64,000 nucleotides of DNA from Eledone cirrhosa (lineage: Eukaryota): the NCBI GenBank assembly GCA_964016885.1, contig OZ024747.1, positions 11,966,001-12,030,000 of the forward strand, in the 5' to 3' direction. A program made the position numbers and the translations under genes. Positions 1 through 12,147 of this stretch are shown one piece after another (position 1 is the stretch's first letter; each line of letters starts with the position of its first letter). The notes below the pieces were generated by a model, which was not told the origin of the DNA, ran no database searches, and was given only the letters and a program-made list of their open reading frames with translations.

Positions 1-344
1 ACCACTACTACCATCACCAGCACCTCCATCTCTGCCACCACTACCACCAATACTACTACAAACAACAAGACCCCCCACCACTATCATTACTGAGTGCTGA
101 GACCACCAATATTACCACCATCACCAATACTACCACTATACCATCAATACTACCACCACCACCACCACCACCAATACCACCACCATTACTGGCACCACTA
201 CAATTGACACTTGCTAGAAATGATAAAAAATGAAATGAGCTGATCATCAGATCAGATTAAAGAAATGATGTTTCTATTGATCTTCCCATTGCTGATACTA
301 TCTATCAATCACAACTCCTGGCAAAAGAAGCAATGTGAAATAAA

Positions 345-520
345 TGTTTCTACTTTCGGCACAAGGCCAGCAATTACCCAGTACATTACTGGTACTTTAT
401 TTTATCGACCCCGTAAGGATGAAAGGCAAAGTTAACCTCGGCGGGATTTGAACTCAGATCATAAAGGGACGTAACTCTATGCTTCAAAGCATGGCGTCCG
501 ACTCTCTACTGATACTGCCA
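345..520 (-). mobile_element. tRNA-derived SINE (family of 54261-54446)
   Basis: Near-exact reverse complement of 54270-54445. Confidence 0.9.
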
Positions 521-559
521 GTGAAATAAAGTATTTTGTTCAGCAACACAACTGCTTGT

Positions 560-1156
560 TACAGGAATTCAACCCACAACAGCAGCCACTATGAAAAATT
601 GAACTCTGTACCTCCCACTGCATCTTTTGTGTACCCAAGATTTACATTGTGTACAGTGTATAGAGTTTATGCCTACTTTTGTTTCTACATATTGAGCAGG
701 GCCACTTCCCTGAAGGAATCAGGGTCCTATCTTCTTTCCTACTTTAGTTTTGGCTAAGTACACTTCCTGCTATTTTGGATTCAAAATTCTGTTTCCGTAA
801 TCAGAATTTATTCTTTAGTTCTTTTATGGATCCAGCTGTAAGGACCAGATCATCTGCATAGAGAAGTTCCCATGAACAGTCAGTATTAAACTCCCCTCTA
901 TTATGGCTTGGAGAACTATGATGAACAGCAGAGGACTAAGAGCTGAACCTTATTGTACCTTGAATTCCTTGCTAAACTCATTCCCTACTCTCACTTTATT
1001 AACATGTTCCTCTGTACATGGCACTGCTCTCACAAGCCATTATTCTATGCCTAATTTGTATAAGGATCACAAGATAAGTGTCAAAGGCCCTTTCTAGATC
1101 AACAAAAGCTAGATATAGCAGCTTTTTCTTGGCTAGGAACTTCTCTTGTAGTTGTC

Positions 1157-1160
<4 letters not shown>
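560..1160 (-). mobile_element. RTE-clade LINE reverse transcriptase remnant
   Basis: Minus-strand peptides IVRQLQEKFLAKKKLLYLAFVDLERAFD, WELLYADDLVL (YADD at 849-860) and SGKWPCSICR..VGINSIHCTQCKSWVHKRCSG (PHD-like Cys/His insert); frameshifted and deleted. Confidence 0.9.
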
Positions 1161-1202
<42 letters not shown>

Positions 1203-1377
1203 GAAATATGTATGCATATGAGTATGCATATATATGTATAGTGGTAAAAAATCAGGAGGTTATATCTGTAGTGAGTAGAGCACTCAGTCCAGAGAATGCT
1301 TTCTCGAGTATGGTTTGCTAATTTGTTGGGGAACTAACTCTCTCTCTCTATATATATATATATGTATATATGTGTGT

Positions 1378-1566
1378 GTTGAAGAGGTAAAATCCCAAAG
1401 GCAAGCCCAGCCGTTTCAACTTGTTTCTAGAAGTTTTCTCAAAGGTAAACAAGTTAAAGATACTGGGTTTACCTTTGTGTATTTTACTCCTCCAATATAC
1501 CCTCTCAGCATCTCATCATGCATTGAGTACTACCCTGATTTGGGGTCGTCTCAGTCTTCACACTAT
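1378..1566 (+). mobile_element. Penelope-like palindromic mini-element
   Basis: Imperfect inverted repeat (AAAGGCAAGCCCAG..TTTCAACTTGTTT / AAACAAGTTAAAG..CTGGGTTTACCTTT) followed by GCATTGAGTAC at 1520-1530; flanked by (TA/TG)n. Confidence 0.5.
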
Positions 1567-1732
1567 AGTCAACTATATATATATATATGTGTTTGTGTGT
1601 GTATGTATGTATTATCATCATTTAACGGTCAAATTTCCATGCTTGCATCGGATATATATAAATAAATGTAATCTGAGTTTTTCAAATATTAATTATAATA
1701 TTAGATTCGTTTGCAATTATGCAAACAGCCTC

Positions 1733-1763
<31 letters not shown>

Positions 1764-1957
1764 TTAATACATTAACAGAGAAAGCTTTAATCAATACTCC
1801 GACCGGCTTCCGTCTCACTCAAACATTAGGATATACCTTAGTATAATCCCAATTATACGTTTGGGGTGCTAACTATACGTATTTTGCGGATAGCCAGTTG
1901 TATTATTTTATATGAGACATAATCAAAATACATCTCTTATATATATATATATATCGC

Positions 1958-1989
<32 letters not shown>

Positions 1990-2013
1990 GTGTGTGTGTG
2001 TCTCTGTGTATAG

Positions 2014-2044
<31 letters not shown>

Positions 2045-2649
2045 ACTCTACCTTTCATCTTTCCTAGATTTATTAAAATACATACCAGTCATATACTGTG
2101 ACTGACCTGTTCAACTATTCCTTTATCCCTTAAAATTTGAGACCTTGCATCAATCTTTTTATAAAACAGCAGTTCCCAACCTAGGGCCCAGAAAGGTAAT
2201 ACTAGGGGTCTGTGAGCTAATTTCAAGTACTTTGTTATAAACTCAATATACACTCACTGTTGGGTATACATTCTTCTCTAAATATAAACATTATATATAC
2301 ACACTATTGGGTTTCTATCCTTCTCTAAGTATAAACACAATATATAAATACTGTTGGGTATACATTCTTCTAAATATAAATATTATGTACACACACTATT
2401 GAGTATATATCTTTCTCTAAGTATAGATATTATATACACACTGTAGGGAATGTATCCTTCTCTAAGTATAAACCTAATATATACATACTATTGGATATCT
2501 ACTCTTCTCTAATTAATGGAATTAAGGAGTATTTCATTAGAAATTCTCTCATCGAAGGGTTAACTCATTTTTTTTACCATATTTCTTCTTATGAAAGACA
2601 TTGCCCTATTATTTTCAAATTACTTTTCATGATAGAACTTAGAGGCCAT

Positions 2650-3052
2650 ATTGTTAAAAAAAAACTCTTATAAGATGCAACCTCTTAGGAGGCCAGCTAA
2701 ATCAACATGGGTGGGAGCTGTAACAACATGATAGGACTGGGTCTCTATCATTTAAAACACTCAAGAAACCTCCTTTAGGATACCACCTCATAGAAGGTTA
2801 GCTAAACCAACATGGGTAGGAGCTGTAACAATAGCAACATCATAGGACTGGGGCCTGCTATTAGAACTCCCGAGAAGCATCCCATAAGATGTAACCTCTT
2901 AGGAGACCAACTAAACCTACATGGGTAGGAGCTGTAACAACAACATGGTAGGACTGGGGCCCCTATTATTAGAACATCTACGAAGCACCCTGTAAGATGT
3001 AACCTCTTAGGAGGCCAACTAAACCTACATGGGTAGGAGCTGTAAATTTCAT
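2650..3052 (+). repeat. Degenerate tandem repeat of about 110 bp, dispersed family (also 42403-42597 and, inverted, 33585-33710)
   Basis: Recurring AACCTCTTAGGAGGCCA.CTAAACCTACATGGGTAGGAGCTGTAACAAC...ATAGGACTGGG; both + copies end AGCTGTAAATTTCA. Confidence 0.8.
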
Positions 3053-4288
3053 TTAATTTTTCATATATATATATATATACATGTGTGTGTGTTTGTGTGT
3101 GTGTACAAACATTGTTTTTCATATCAACAATGTTAAAAAAACCCAGCTGTTACATTTGTTTATGTCCCCCATAAACTAAATGCCCCACAGTGTAGTGGTT
3201 TGATAAATGTTGGTAGTATATACAGTGTGTGAACATTTTGTAAGGGAAATGGGGTGGGTCCCTAGCCTGGCTGCTCATTCAGTAGGGAGCAGGAATGAGT
3301 TACAGACCCCTCCCCCACCTCACCCTGCCTCTCTGTGAGGTCAGAGGTCCCAGCTTCAGTACTGACTTGCTCTGTGACAACCTCGCCAACCCTCGCCAGT
3401 AGGGAAAACAGTTTTTAAATGATGATATATATGTGTGTATATGTTTGTATGTATGTGTGTATATATGTGTGTATATGCTTGTATGTATGTGTGTGTATGT
3501 ATGTATGTATGTATGTATGTATGTATGTATGTATGTATGTATGTGTGTATGTATATGTGTACGTGTCAGTGTCATGTCATTTTGTCCCTTGCCCTCCCTC
3601 CCTTCCACTCTACATTACACCCATTTGACACTCCTCCATAACCTGTTAGCAATTAAACCAATTAGTCAAAATAACACCTCCTCCCCTTCCCCCCACCCTA
3701 TCATCTAGTATGATGGGGGGAGGGGGCATAAAATATCCTCCCTTCATCCCCCCCTCCCTCACTGGCAGTACAGGAGGAGGAGGAGGAGGATACACAGCAA
3801 GCAGATCTATGGTAAAATATATCAAAGAGCTGAATTTTAGGTCCTCACTGGTAGTACACACATACACATATACACACATATATATATATGTATATATATA
3901 CATACACACACACACATTCATATATATATGCTAGCGTGGAACGTTAAACGATGATGATGATATATATACACACACATACATATATACATACACACACACA
4001 TATATACATACATACACATACACACACACATATATATACACACATACGTACACACAATACATACATATACACACACACATATGCACATACACACACATAC
4101 ATGCACACACTCACTCATGTATATATCATCATTGTAGTGTATTGTTCTCTCACCACCCAGGGTGCTGTTAGTGTAGTCAACTCTGTTGTAAGTATTTGGA
4201 GTAGGTCTTTAGTATCAGGATAGTTCCCCCTCTTCTATCCTAACATCTTACCAGTCTTGGAGGTATATATATGAAATATATATACCTC

Positions 4289-4702
4289 ATGTAGGGATCA
4301 GAACAAAAAGCATCCAGTCCACACTGTAAAGTGGTCGCGTAGGGATCAGAACAAAAAGCATCCAGTCCACACTGTAAAGTGGTCGCGTAGGGATCAGAAC
4401 AAAAAGCATCCAGTCCACACTGTAAAGTGGTCGTATAGGGATCAGAACAAAAAGCATCCAGTCCACACTGTAAAGTGGTCGTATAGGGATCAGAACAAAA
4501 AGCATCCAGTCCACACTGTAAAGTGGTCGTATAGGGATCAGAACAAAAAGCATCCAGTCCACACTGTAAAGTGTTCGCGTAGGGATCAGAACAAAAAGCA
4601 TCCAGTCCACACTGTAAAGTGGTCATGTCGGGGTCACGACAAAAAGCATCCAGTCCACACTGTAAAGTGGTCATGCCGGGGTCACGACAAAAAGCATCCA
4701 GC
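4289..4702 (+). repeat. 48-bp minisatellite (about 8.5 copies)
   Basis: GTAGGGATCAGAACAAAAAGCATCCAGTCCACACTGTAAAGTGGTCGC unit. Confidence 0.95.
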
Positions 4703-4959
4703 CCATAGGAACCAAGCCAAACTCAGTTCTGTATGAGCAAAATATGGTCATCTCACCTGGCTTGTCTCACAATGGGACAAACCCATCTAACCCATGCTAG
4801 AGTGGAAAATGGCCGTTAAACAGTAATGATGATGATATGATATAAATATATATCATCATCATCATCGTTTAACGGCTATCTTCCACACTAGCATGGGTTA
4901 GATGGGTTTGTCCCATTTGAGGCAAGTTGGTTTTATTTTAATCTATTATCATATATTTA

Positions 4960-5891
4960 TCTATATATATAAAACTGTGGTTATCTATCTGTCTATCGAT
5001 TTTTGGCACACATCTCCTCTTAGAATCTCTCACGGAATTGCACCGAAATTGCTATACTTGTACATTGAGCCCTAGCGAAGACATCGAAAAAAAAAAATTT
5101 CAAATTGACCCGCCCTATGTGACGAAATCGAATATAATGTATCGATTTTTGAGCGTAAGTTATCAGTTATTTCCCTTTGTTCTGTTTACATTGAGCGTCT
5201 TACGTAAAAAATTACGCTGGCTTTCTCAGCGTTTAAAATGACATTAACACAATACACGAACAGTTGTCGAGCCAGCAAAATATTGACCTGCAAAATTCAT
5301 CAGTTCGAACACTAAGCTTCCGTTTTGCTTCATTTCCATTTAAAAGCATTTTAAAACAATATTTTTACTTGAAAACAAGTCTATTTAAAGACTACGTAAA
5401 ACAAGCAAATATTTCGTCGTTAGGCGTGCAGACAGATAGTCGTGCAGAGAGGTGATATAGGCGTGCAGACAGATAGTCGTGCAGAGAGGTGATATAGGCG
5501 TGCAGACAGACAGTCGTGCAGAGAGGTGATATAGGCGTGCAGACAGACAGTCGTGCAGAGAGGTGATATAGGCGTGCAGACAGACATAACTGATAATTTG
5601 GTTACGCTAATGTTTTTCTCTGCGTTGCAGTGTTTACATTTTCGATCTTTGTTAATAAATAACCAGTGCAGTTTCTATCCCCAGCATCCTCTTTTGTTAT
5701 AACATTCGGGTTATCGTTATGTTTTCTTAACTTCATAAGGCATATTGTTGGTTGAGGGAATATTAATCAAAAACACCACATGCAAGTCTGCACAGTAGAC
5801 ACTACAGTTTTTAAGCCAAGAAAGAAACTTAACATTGTAACTTTAACACAGCTACTGAGCGACCCCGAGCAACGCCGGGCTTTACTGCTAG
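4960..5891 (+). mobile_element. Non-autonomous Helitron
   Basis: 5' TCTATATATATAAAA preceded by A; subterminal hairpin CCCGAGCAACGCCGGG (5864-5879); 3' CTAG (5888-5891) followed by T; no TSD; internal 37-bp tandem repeat. Confidence 0.85.
5421..5587 (+). repeat. 37-bp tandem repeat (about 4.5 copies) inside the Helitron
   Basis: TAGGCGTGCAGACAGA(T/C)AGTCGTGCAGAGAGGTGATA at 5421, 5458, 5495, 5532 and 5569. Confidence 0.95.
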
Positions 5892-5941
5892 TATATAATA
5901 GAATCATGGCCACTGTTGTTTCTTCCCTGACTAAAGAGTAA

Positions 5942-5978
<37 letters not shown>

Positions 5979-5986
<8 letters not shown>

Positions 5987-6199
5987 ATAACCTTACGTTC
6001 TGCTTCAGTGTGTATATTTTTCCCGTTATTTTATTATATTTCAGTTTCGCTTTCAATTATAATAACCTTTGTTTTTAAATTCATATCTTACGTCTATATT
6101 ACATTTTCATTCTGATGAGCGATTTCAGACGTCTCTGTTGAGCGCGTCTGTCTTCGTGAAACCTTTGGTAAATGGAATAATTGTCTTATGTTGTTTATT

Positions 6200-6202
<3 letters not shown>
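5979..6202 (+). mobile_element. Short Penelope-like non-autonomous element carrying a hammerhead
   Basis: Unique AT-rich block between two (TA)n tracts; its 3' flank AATTGTCTTATGTTGTTTATTACA is shared with 23370-23405. Confidence 0.6.
6105..6177 (+). ncRNA. Type I hammerhead ribozyme (Penelope-like, short stem III)
   Basis: TTTCATT-CTGATGA(6112-6118)-stem II GCGA..CAGACG..CTC TGTT GAG..CGTCTG..TCGT-GAAA(6158-6161)-CC TTT GG-TA-AATGGAA. Stem I has 7 bp with one GU; predicted cleavage after GUA at 6170. Confidence 0.8.
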
Positions 6203-6292
<90 letters not shown>

Positions 6293-6974
6293 TATATATA
6301 CATGTAGTCTGATCATATTACATAAATGGACAGTCAGTGTTTTATGTATGTATGAATATATATATATATATATGTATGTACGTGTGTGTGTGTGTGTATA
6401 TATATATGTAAGTATGTATGTGTGTGTATGTATATATGTATGTGTGTTGTGTATGTATATATGTATGTGTGTTGTGTATGTATGTATGTATGTGTGTTGT
6501 GTATGTATGTATGTGTGTTGTGTATGTATGTATGTGTGTATATATATATATGTATGTGTGTATGTGTGAATATATATATATGTATGTGTGTATGTGTGTG
6601 AATATATATATGTATGTGTGTATGTGTGTGAATATATATATATCTATGTGTGTATGTGTGTGAATATATATATATGTATGTGTGTATGTGTGTGAATATA
6701 TATATGTATGTGTGTATGTATGTGAATATATATATATATGTATGTGTGTATGTGTGTGAATATATATATGTATGTGTGTATGTATGTGAATATATATATA
6801 TATGTATGTGTGTATGTCTGAACTGTCTCTATTCCACAGATGGTAGGGGGGGGGACTGGGGGTAGCTGGAGAGTGAATTAGAAAATAATTGATAAAGAAA
6901 GAAAGGATAGATGTTAATGGTAAGTTAAAGATATAGTAGGAAAGTGAGAGAGGTGGGGGGGGGGGTAGGTAGAT

Positions 6975-7455
6975 AGCCACCAGGGCATCAAAAAGTGGGA
7001 CAAGTACAATGGGGGGAGTTTACATAAAAAGCGAGTAAAGAAAACAAATAACAAATATAAAATTAACAATAAAGTCCTCAATAGGGAGGGGGCGTTTGGG
7101 GAGGTCGCACACACCCCCGAAAAAAGTGTGCAACCCCTTCTCCTCAGGAGCACAGAGAGAGGGTGCTCCCTCGTTCCTTTCTCTTTTCCACCTACAGGCT
7201 GATGTAAAGAGAAGGCCCATTCACACGGGCCATTCTCGCCACTTTCACCCACCTTTCATAAAAACGGCTGGGGTGGAGCACCTCTCTCTCCATCCTGATC
7301 CTTCTTCCGAAATGATATCGGAAGAAACGGACCAGTTGTTGGCCAGAGAGAAAGGTGCCTGACCTCAGTCCTTTCAGACGCGTCCACCATACAACCTCTT
7401 TCTCCATGGCTATTACGCACAGAAACACCGCCTCTCCTTCGTTTTTGAAGGGGGT
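6975..7455 (-). mobile_element. L1/Tx1-like LINE 3' end, copy A
   Basis: ORF remnant PFKNEGEAVFLCVIAMEKEVVWWTRLKG...FFRYHFGRRIRMERE...FYERWVKVARM, plus 3' UTR. It resembles Tx1-type ORF2 C-termini and is nearly identical in peptide to copy B. Confidence 0.6.
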
Positions 7456-7564
7456 AGATAGATAGATAGATAGACAGAGAGACGGATGAATGGATGGATG
7501 GATAGATGGATAGATAGATAGATGGATAGATAGATAGATAGATAGATGGATAGATAGATAGATA

Positions 7565-8118
7565 TGTTTCTTTATTAGCCACAGGGGCACAAAAGAAAGG
7601 GACAAATACAAAGGGGGAAGTTTACATACAATAAAAACGTAAAATATCACAAATGTAATTTAAAAAATTAGTCGATTTTCCCCAATATTGGGGAGACAGT
7701 TCATATGGGTAACACATACCCCCGAAAAAATGGGCAACCCTCATCTCCAGGAGTACGAAGAGTTTGTACTCCTTTCCTCTCCTCCTCCTTTTCCTCAATC
7801 TACAGGCTGATATAGAGAGAAGGCCCATTCACTCGGGCCATTCTCGCCACTTTCACCCACCTTTCATAAAACTTGCTGGGGTACAGCACCTCTCTCTCCA
7901 TCCTGATTCTTCTTCCAAAGTGGTATTTGAAAAAAAGAATCAGTTGTTGGCCGGAGAGAAAGGTGTCTGACCTCAGCCCTTTCAACCTTGTCCACCATAC
8001 AACCTCTTTCGCCATAGCTATCACACAAAGGAAAACCGCCTCTCCTTCGTTTTTGAAGGAGGGTGGCGGTTTGATCATGACAATGGACTCGGTGGTCAAC
8101 CGGATTGGTCCCACCCGC
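7565..8118 (-). mobile_element. L1/Tx1-like LINE 3' end, copy B
   Basis: ORF 7800-8114 is a paralogue of copy A; the 3' UTR ends GTGGCTAATAAAGAAA (polyA signal) next to (TCTA)n. Confidence 0.6.
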
Positions 8119-8121
8119 GAC

Positions 8122-8155
<34 letters not shown>

Positions 8156-8244
8156 CTATATATAGACATAAAGCACCATTTCTACATAATTTTCCCCAAG
8201 GTTACAAATATTACAAACAAGGCTTTTATAGAACTAGTACAGTG

Positions 8245-9786
8245 GTGTAGTGTTGTGTTATTATGGTGGAGGTGGGGGTGTAGTGTTGTGCTACTGTGGT
8301 GGAGGTGGGGGTGTAGTGTTGTGCTACTGTGGTGGTGGTTGGGGTGTAGTGTTGTGTTATTATGGTGGAGGTGGGGGTGTAGTGTTGTGTTATTATGGTG
8401 GAGGTGGGGGTGTAGTGTTGTGCTACTGTGGTGGAGGTGGGGTGTAGTGTTGTGCTACTGTGGTGGTGGTGGGATTGTAGTGTTGTGCTACTGTGGTGGT
8501 GGTGGGGGTGTAGTGTTGTGCTACTGTGGTGGAGGTGGGGGTGTAGTGTTGTGCTACTGTGGTGGTGGTTGGGGTGTAGTGTTGTGTTATTATGGTGGAG
8601 GTGGGGGTGTAGTGTTGTGTTATTATGGTGGAGGTGGGGGTGTAGTGTTGTGCTACTGTGGTGGTGGTTGGGGTGTAGTGTTGTGTTATTATGGTGGAGG
8701 TGGGGGTGTAGTGTTGTGCTACTGTGGTGGTGGTTGGGGTGTAGTGTTGTGCTACTGTGGTGGAGGTGGGGGTGTAGTGTTGTGCTACTGTGGTGGTGGT
8801 TGGGGTGTAGTGTTGTGTTATTATGGTGGAGGTGGGGGTGTAGTGTTGTGTTATTATGGTGGAGGTGGGGGTGTAGTGTTGTGCTACTGTGGTGGAGGTG
8901 GGGTGTAGTGTTGTGCTACTGTGGTGGTGGTGGGATTGTAGTGTTGTGCTACTGTGGTGGTGGTGGGGGTGTAGTGTTGTGCTACTGTGGTGGAGGTGGG
9001 GGTGTAGTGTTGTGCTACTGTGGTGGTGGTTGGGGTGTAGTGTTGTGTTATTATGGTGGAGGTGGGGGTGTAGTGTTGTGTTATTATGGTGGAGGTGGGG
9101 GTGTAGTGTTGTGCTACTGTGGTGGTGGTTGGGGTGTAGTGTTGTGTTATTATGGTGGAGGTGGGGGTGTAGTGTTGTGTTATTATGGTGGAGGTGGGGG
9201 TGTAGTGTTGTGCTACTGTGGTGGAGGTGGGGTGTAGTGTTGTGCTACTGTGGTGGAGGTGGGGTGTAGTGTTGTGCTACTGTGGTGGTGGTGGGATTGT
9301 AGTGTTGTGCTACTGTGGTGGTGGTGGGGTGTAGTGTTGTGCTACTGTGGTGGTGGTGGGATTGTAGTGTTGTGCTACTGTGGTGGTGGTGGGGGTGTAG
9401 TGTTGTGCTACTGTGGTGGAGGTGGGGTGTAGTGTTGTGCTACTGTGGTGGAGGTGGGGTGTAGTGTTGTGCTACTGTGGTGGTTGGGGTGTAGTGTTGT
9501 GCTACTGTGGTGGTGGTGGGATTGTAGTGTTGTGCTACTGTGGTGGTGGTGGGGGTGTAGTGTTGTGCTACTGTGGTGGTGGTGGGGGTGTAGTGTTGTG
9601 CTACTGTGGTGGAGGTGGGATTGTAGTGTTGTGCTACTGTGGTGGTGGTGGGGGTGTAGTGTTGTGCTACTGTGGTGGTGGTGGGGGTGTAGTGTTGTGC
9701 TACTGTGGTGGTGGTGGGGGTGTAGTGTTGTGCTACTGTGGTGGAGGTGGGGGTGTAGTGTTGTGCTACTGTGGTGGTGGTGGGGT
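8245..9786 (+). repeat. 33-bp G/T-rich minisatellite (about 47 copies)
   Basis: GTGTAGTGTTGTGCTACTGTGGTGGAGGTGGGG with 32-bp variants. Confidence 0.97.
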
Positions 9787-10012
9787 TCACCAACACCATT
9801 TTTTAAAGTATCAATCCTGTTAGTTCTCCTCTATACAACATAATCGTACTATACATGCACCTTTGATGAGTTGTAGTGCACCTGAGCACTGCACACAATA
9901 ATTTCATTATTATCAACATCACAAACGGGCTAGAGAAAAATATCACAATGGTATATTATCCAACGCTCTACCAATTTTGCCAATCCAATAATATCAATAA
10001 TGATGATGATAA

Positions 10013-10230
10013 TGGTTTCTGATTTAGGCTCAAGGCCAGCAATTTGGGCGGGGGGGCGGGGGCGTTGATTAAATCGACCCCAGTGCATGACTTACTGTAT
10101 TTTATTGACCCTGTAAAGATGAAAGGCAAAATTAATCTCAGCTGGATTTGAACTTAGAACGTAATGGGAGGTAACTCTGTGCCGTAAAGCATGGTATCCA
10201 ACACTCCACTGGAACTGCCAATCCACCACC
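10013..10230 (-). mobile_element. tRNA-derived SINE
   Basis: CAAGGCCAGCAATT...GATGAAAGGCAAA...GGATTTGAACT family signature. Confidence 0.85.
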
Positions 10231-10854
10231 CTATAATAAAAATGATAACAATAATAATAATAACAAAATAATATATTTCTGAAAGAAATTGAAAAATGAT
10301 TCAAATATAAAGATTTGGAGATAAAAATACCCCAAATATGGATGATGAAATAGAAACAATCCCTATAATAATAGGATCACAGGGAATGATAAAAATGATA
10401 TATCATCATCATCATCATCATCGTTTAACGTCCATCTTCCACACTAGCATGGGTTAGACGGTTTTGTTCCATTTGATGCAGGGAATGGTCAGGAGAGCAT
10501 GTCTCGCTCTCACGGAAGCGTCTCTGGCAGGTTTTTTTTACAGCTGGATGCCCTTCCTAACATCAACCACATATATATATATATATCATCATCATCATCG
10601 TCATTTTAACGTTTGCTTTCCCTGTCAGCAAGGGTTGGATGGGTCTACATAGACCAATTCAGTACTGAGTTCTTAGTGCTTACCTCTCCTGTGCATCTGC
10701 CATATGCAAAGTCTATCTCTTCCGTTAATTTGCCTGCAATCCCACTACACCTCTTGTACCTCCATAGATTGCACTGTGTATACCTTATAGAATCTATATA
10801 TGTATGTGTGTTTTAGTAATAACACGTTTATTTATTCCGTTCCTCTATTTCCAG

Positions 10855-12147
10855 GTGAATATGGACCATGATAACTCTGCTAAAAGATGGTCTTGTCATG
10901 AAACTGTGAAGAGTTGATATAATTTATTTAATGATAAACTAAAACAACATCAGGAGCAATATCAAGATGAAACACAGCAACATTAACAACAGTATTATCA
11001 ACAACAACAATAATTACCCTCTTGATACTTATTAAATCCATTAACAGACCAGAAATTCACAGTAACTTCACAAACATTTAACTAGCCGCTATCAAGATCA
11101 TCCCCGTTTCGTTTTCCCCTGTTGCCAATATAACATTGAAGTATTAACAGAAGCTAAAAGACTGATGGAAGATTCATATTTCTCTTCAATTCTACAACAG
11201 AGATATCTCATCAATATATGTATCTAATTTGTTGTTATTTTGGTTTTCTCTTCTATCATATCCCTTCCAAAATATTTTGATGTTCATATTATTGTTATCA
11301 TCAGAGAAGAGCACTACACACACACAAATGGAAGTGGCTTCTCTATTTCTTTTTCCATATACACTCAGTCTATATTATATTATATTTCTATTTTATGATG
11401 CAATTATTTGTAGAAAAGAAGTTGTTAGTAACAGACATACTAGCTAGATTGTCATGTATGAACAACAACACAAACATTTCCTTCAAAATGGAAAACAAAA
11501 TTTCTCCGACTCCATTTGCAAAAGAGATCAAAAGCATTTTGATGTTTTTTCCTACATAAAAAGCTAATATATTTATATCCATATATTCAGCCATTTGTGT
11601 TATGTATACATTTTAATTTACATACATCATACATAAACACATACATTCGTAAACACACACATTCATACATTATACCTACATACATATACACATACATAAT
11701 TAGATCATACAGGTATACATATATTTTCATGTATATCTATATAAATATGTGCAGCTGCTTTATGAATTTGTCTTGATCTGTTCTCAAGATTTTAACCAGT
11801 TTATAAATAAAAAATATAAAGCTGTCAAAGCAAAAACAAAACAAACGGAAACGGATTTTTAAAAAAATATATAAATTTAATATATTTTGATTAATTTTTT
11901 TCACCGAAGCTCTATATATTTGCTGGTTCAAATATAGTTTATATATAGCGAGATATTTTGATATATACTTTGGAATTTCTTTAATACATTTTCATTGAGT
12001 TATCAGCAGAGGATATCATTGCTTGCGAATAGTGAGAAACCTTATTAGGTTTATCAGGCTACCTATTAGATATCAATTTATCAATCGATCTATTATATAT
12101 TCATCCTTTTATTCAATTTTCTGTCTGTAAAAATCATAACCAACAAA
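10855..12147 (+). other. Candidate long 5' UTR portion of the first JAKMIP coding exon
   Basis: Strong acceptor TTCCGTTCCTCTATTTCCAG|G at 10854/10855. The following 1.3 kb lack recognisable TE insertions, and there is no obvious acceptor just before the ATG at 12148. Confidence 0.5.

Noticed and set aside
1785-1840. Possible minus-strand hammerhead (CTAATGT...GAAG-CCGG-TC-GGAGTA)
   Set aside because: Three core positions deviate and stem II is unpaired; at best a dead relic, so it was not called.
5895-5943. GA|GTAAGT possible donor of an upstream non-coding exon
   Set aside because: A single motif next to a Helitron end and (TA)n, with no supporting exon evidence.
8250-9843. Gly/Cys/Tyr-rich ORFs resembling a structural (shell or keratin-associated) protein
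   Set aside because: This is a 33-bp minisatellite with frequent 32-bp frameshifting units and no signal peptide.
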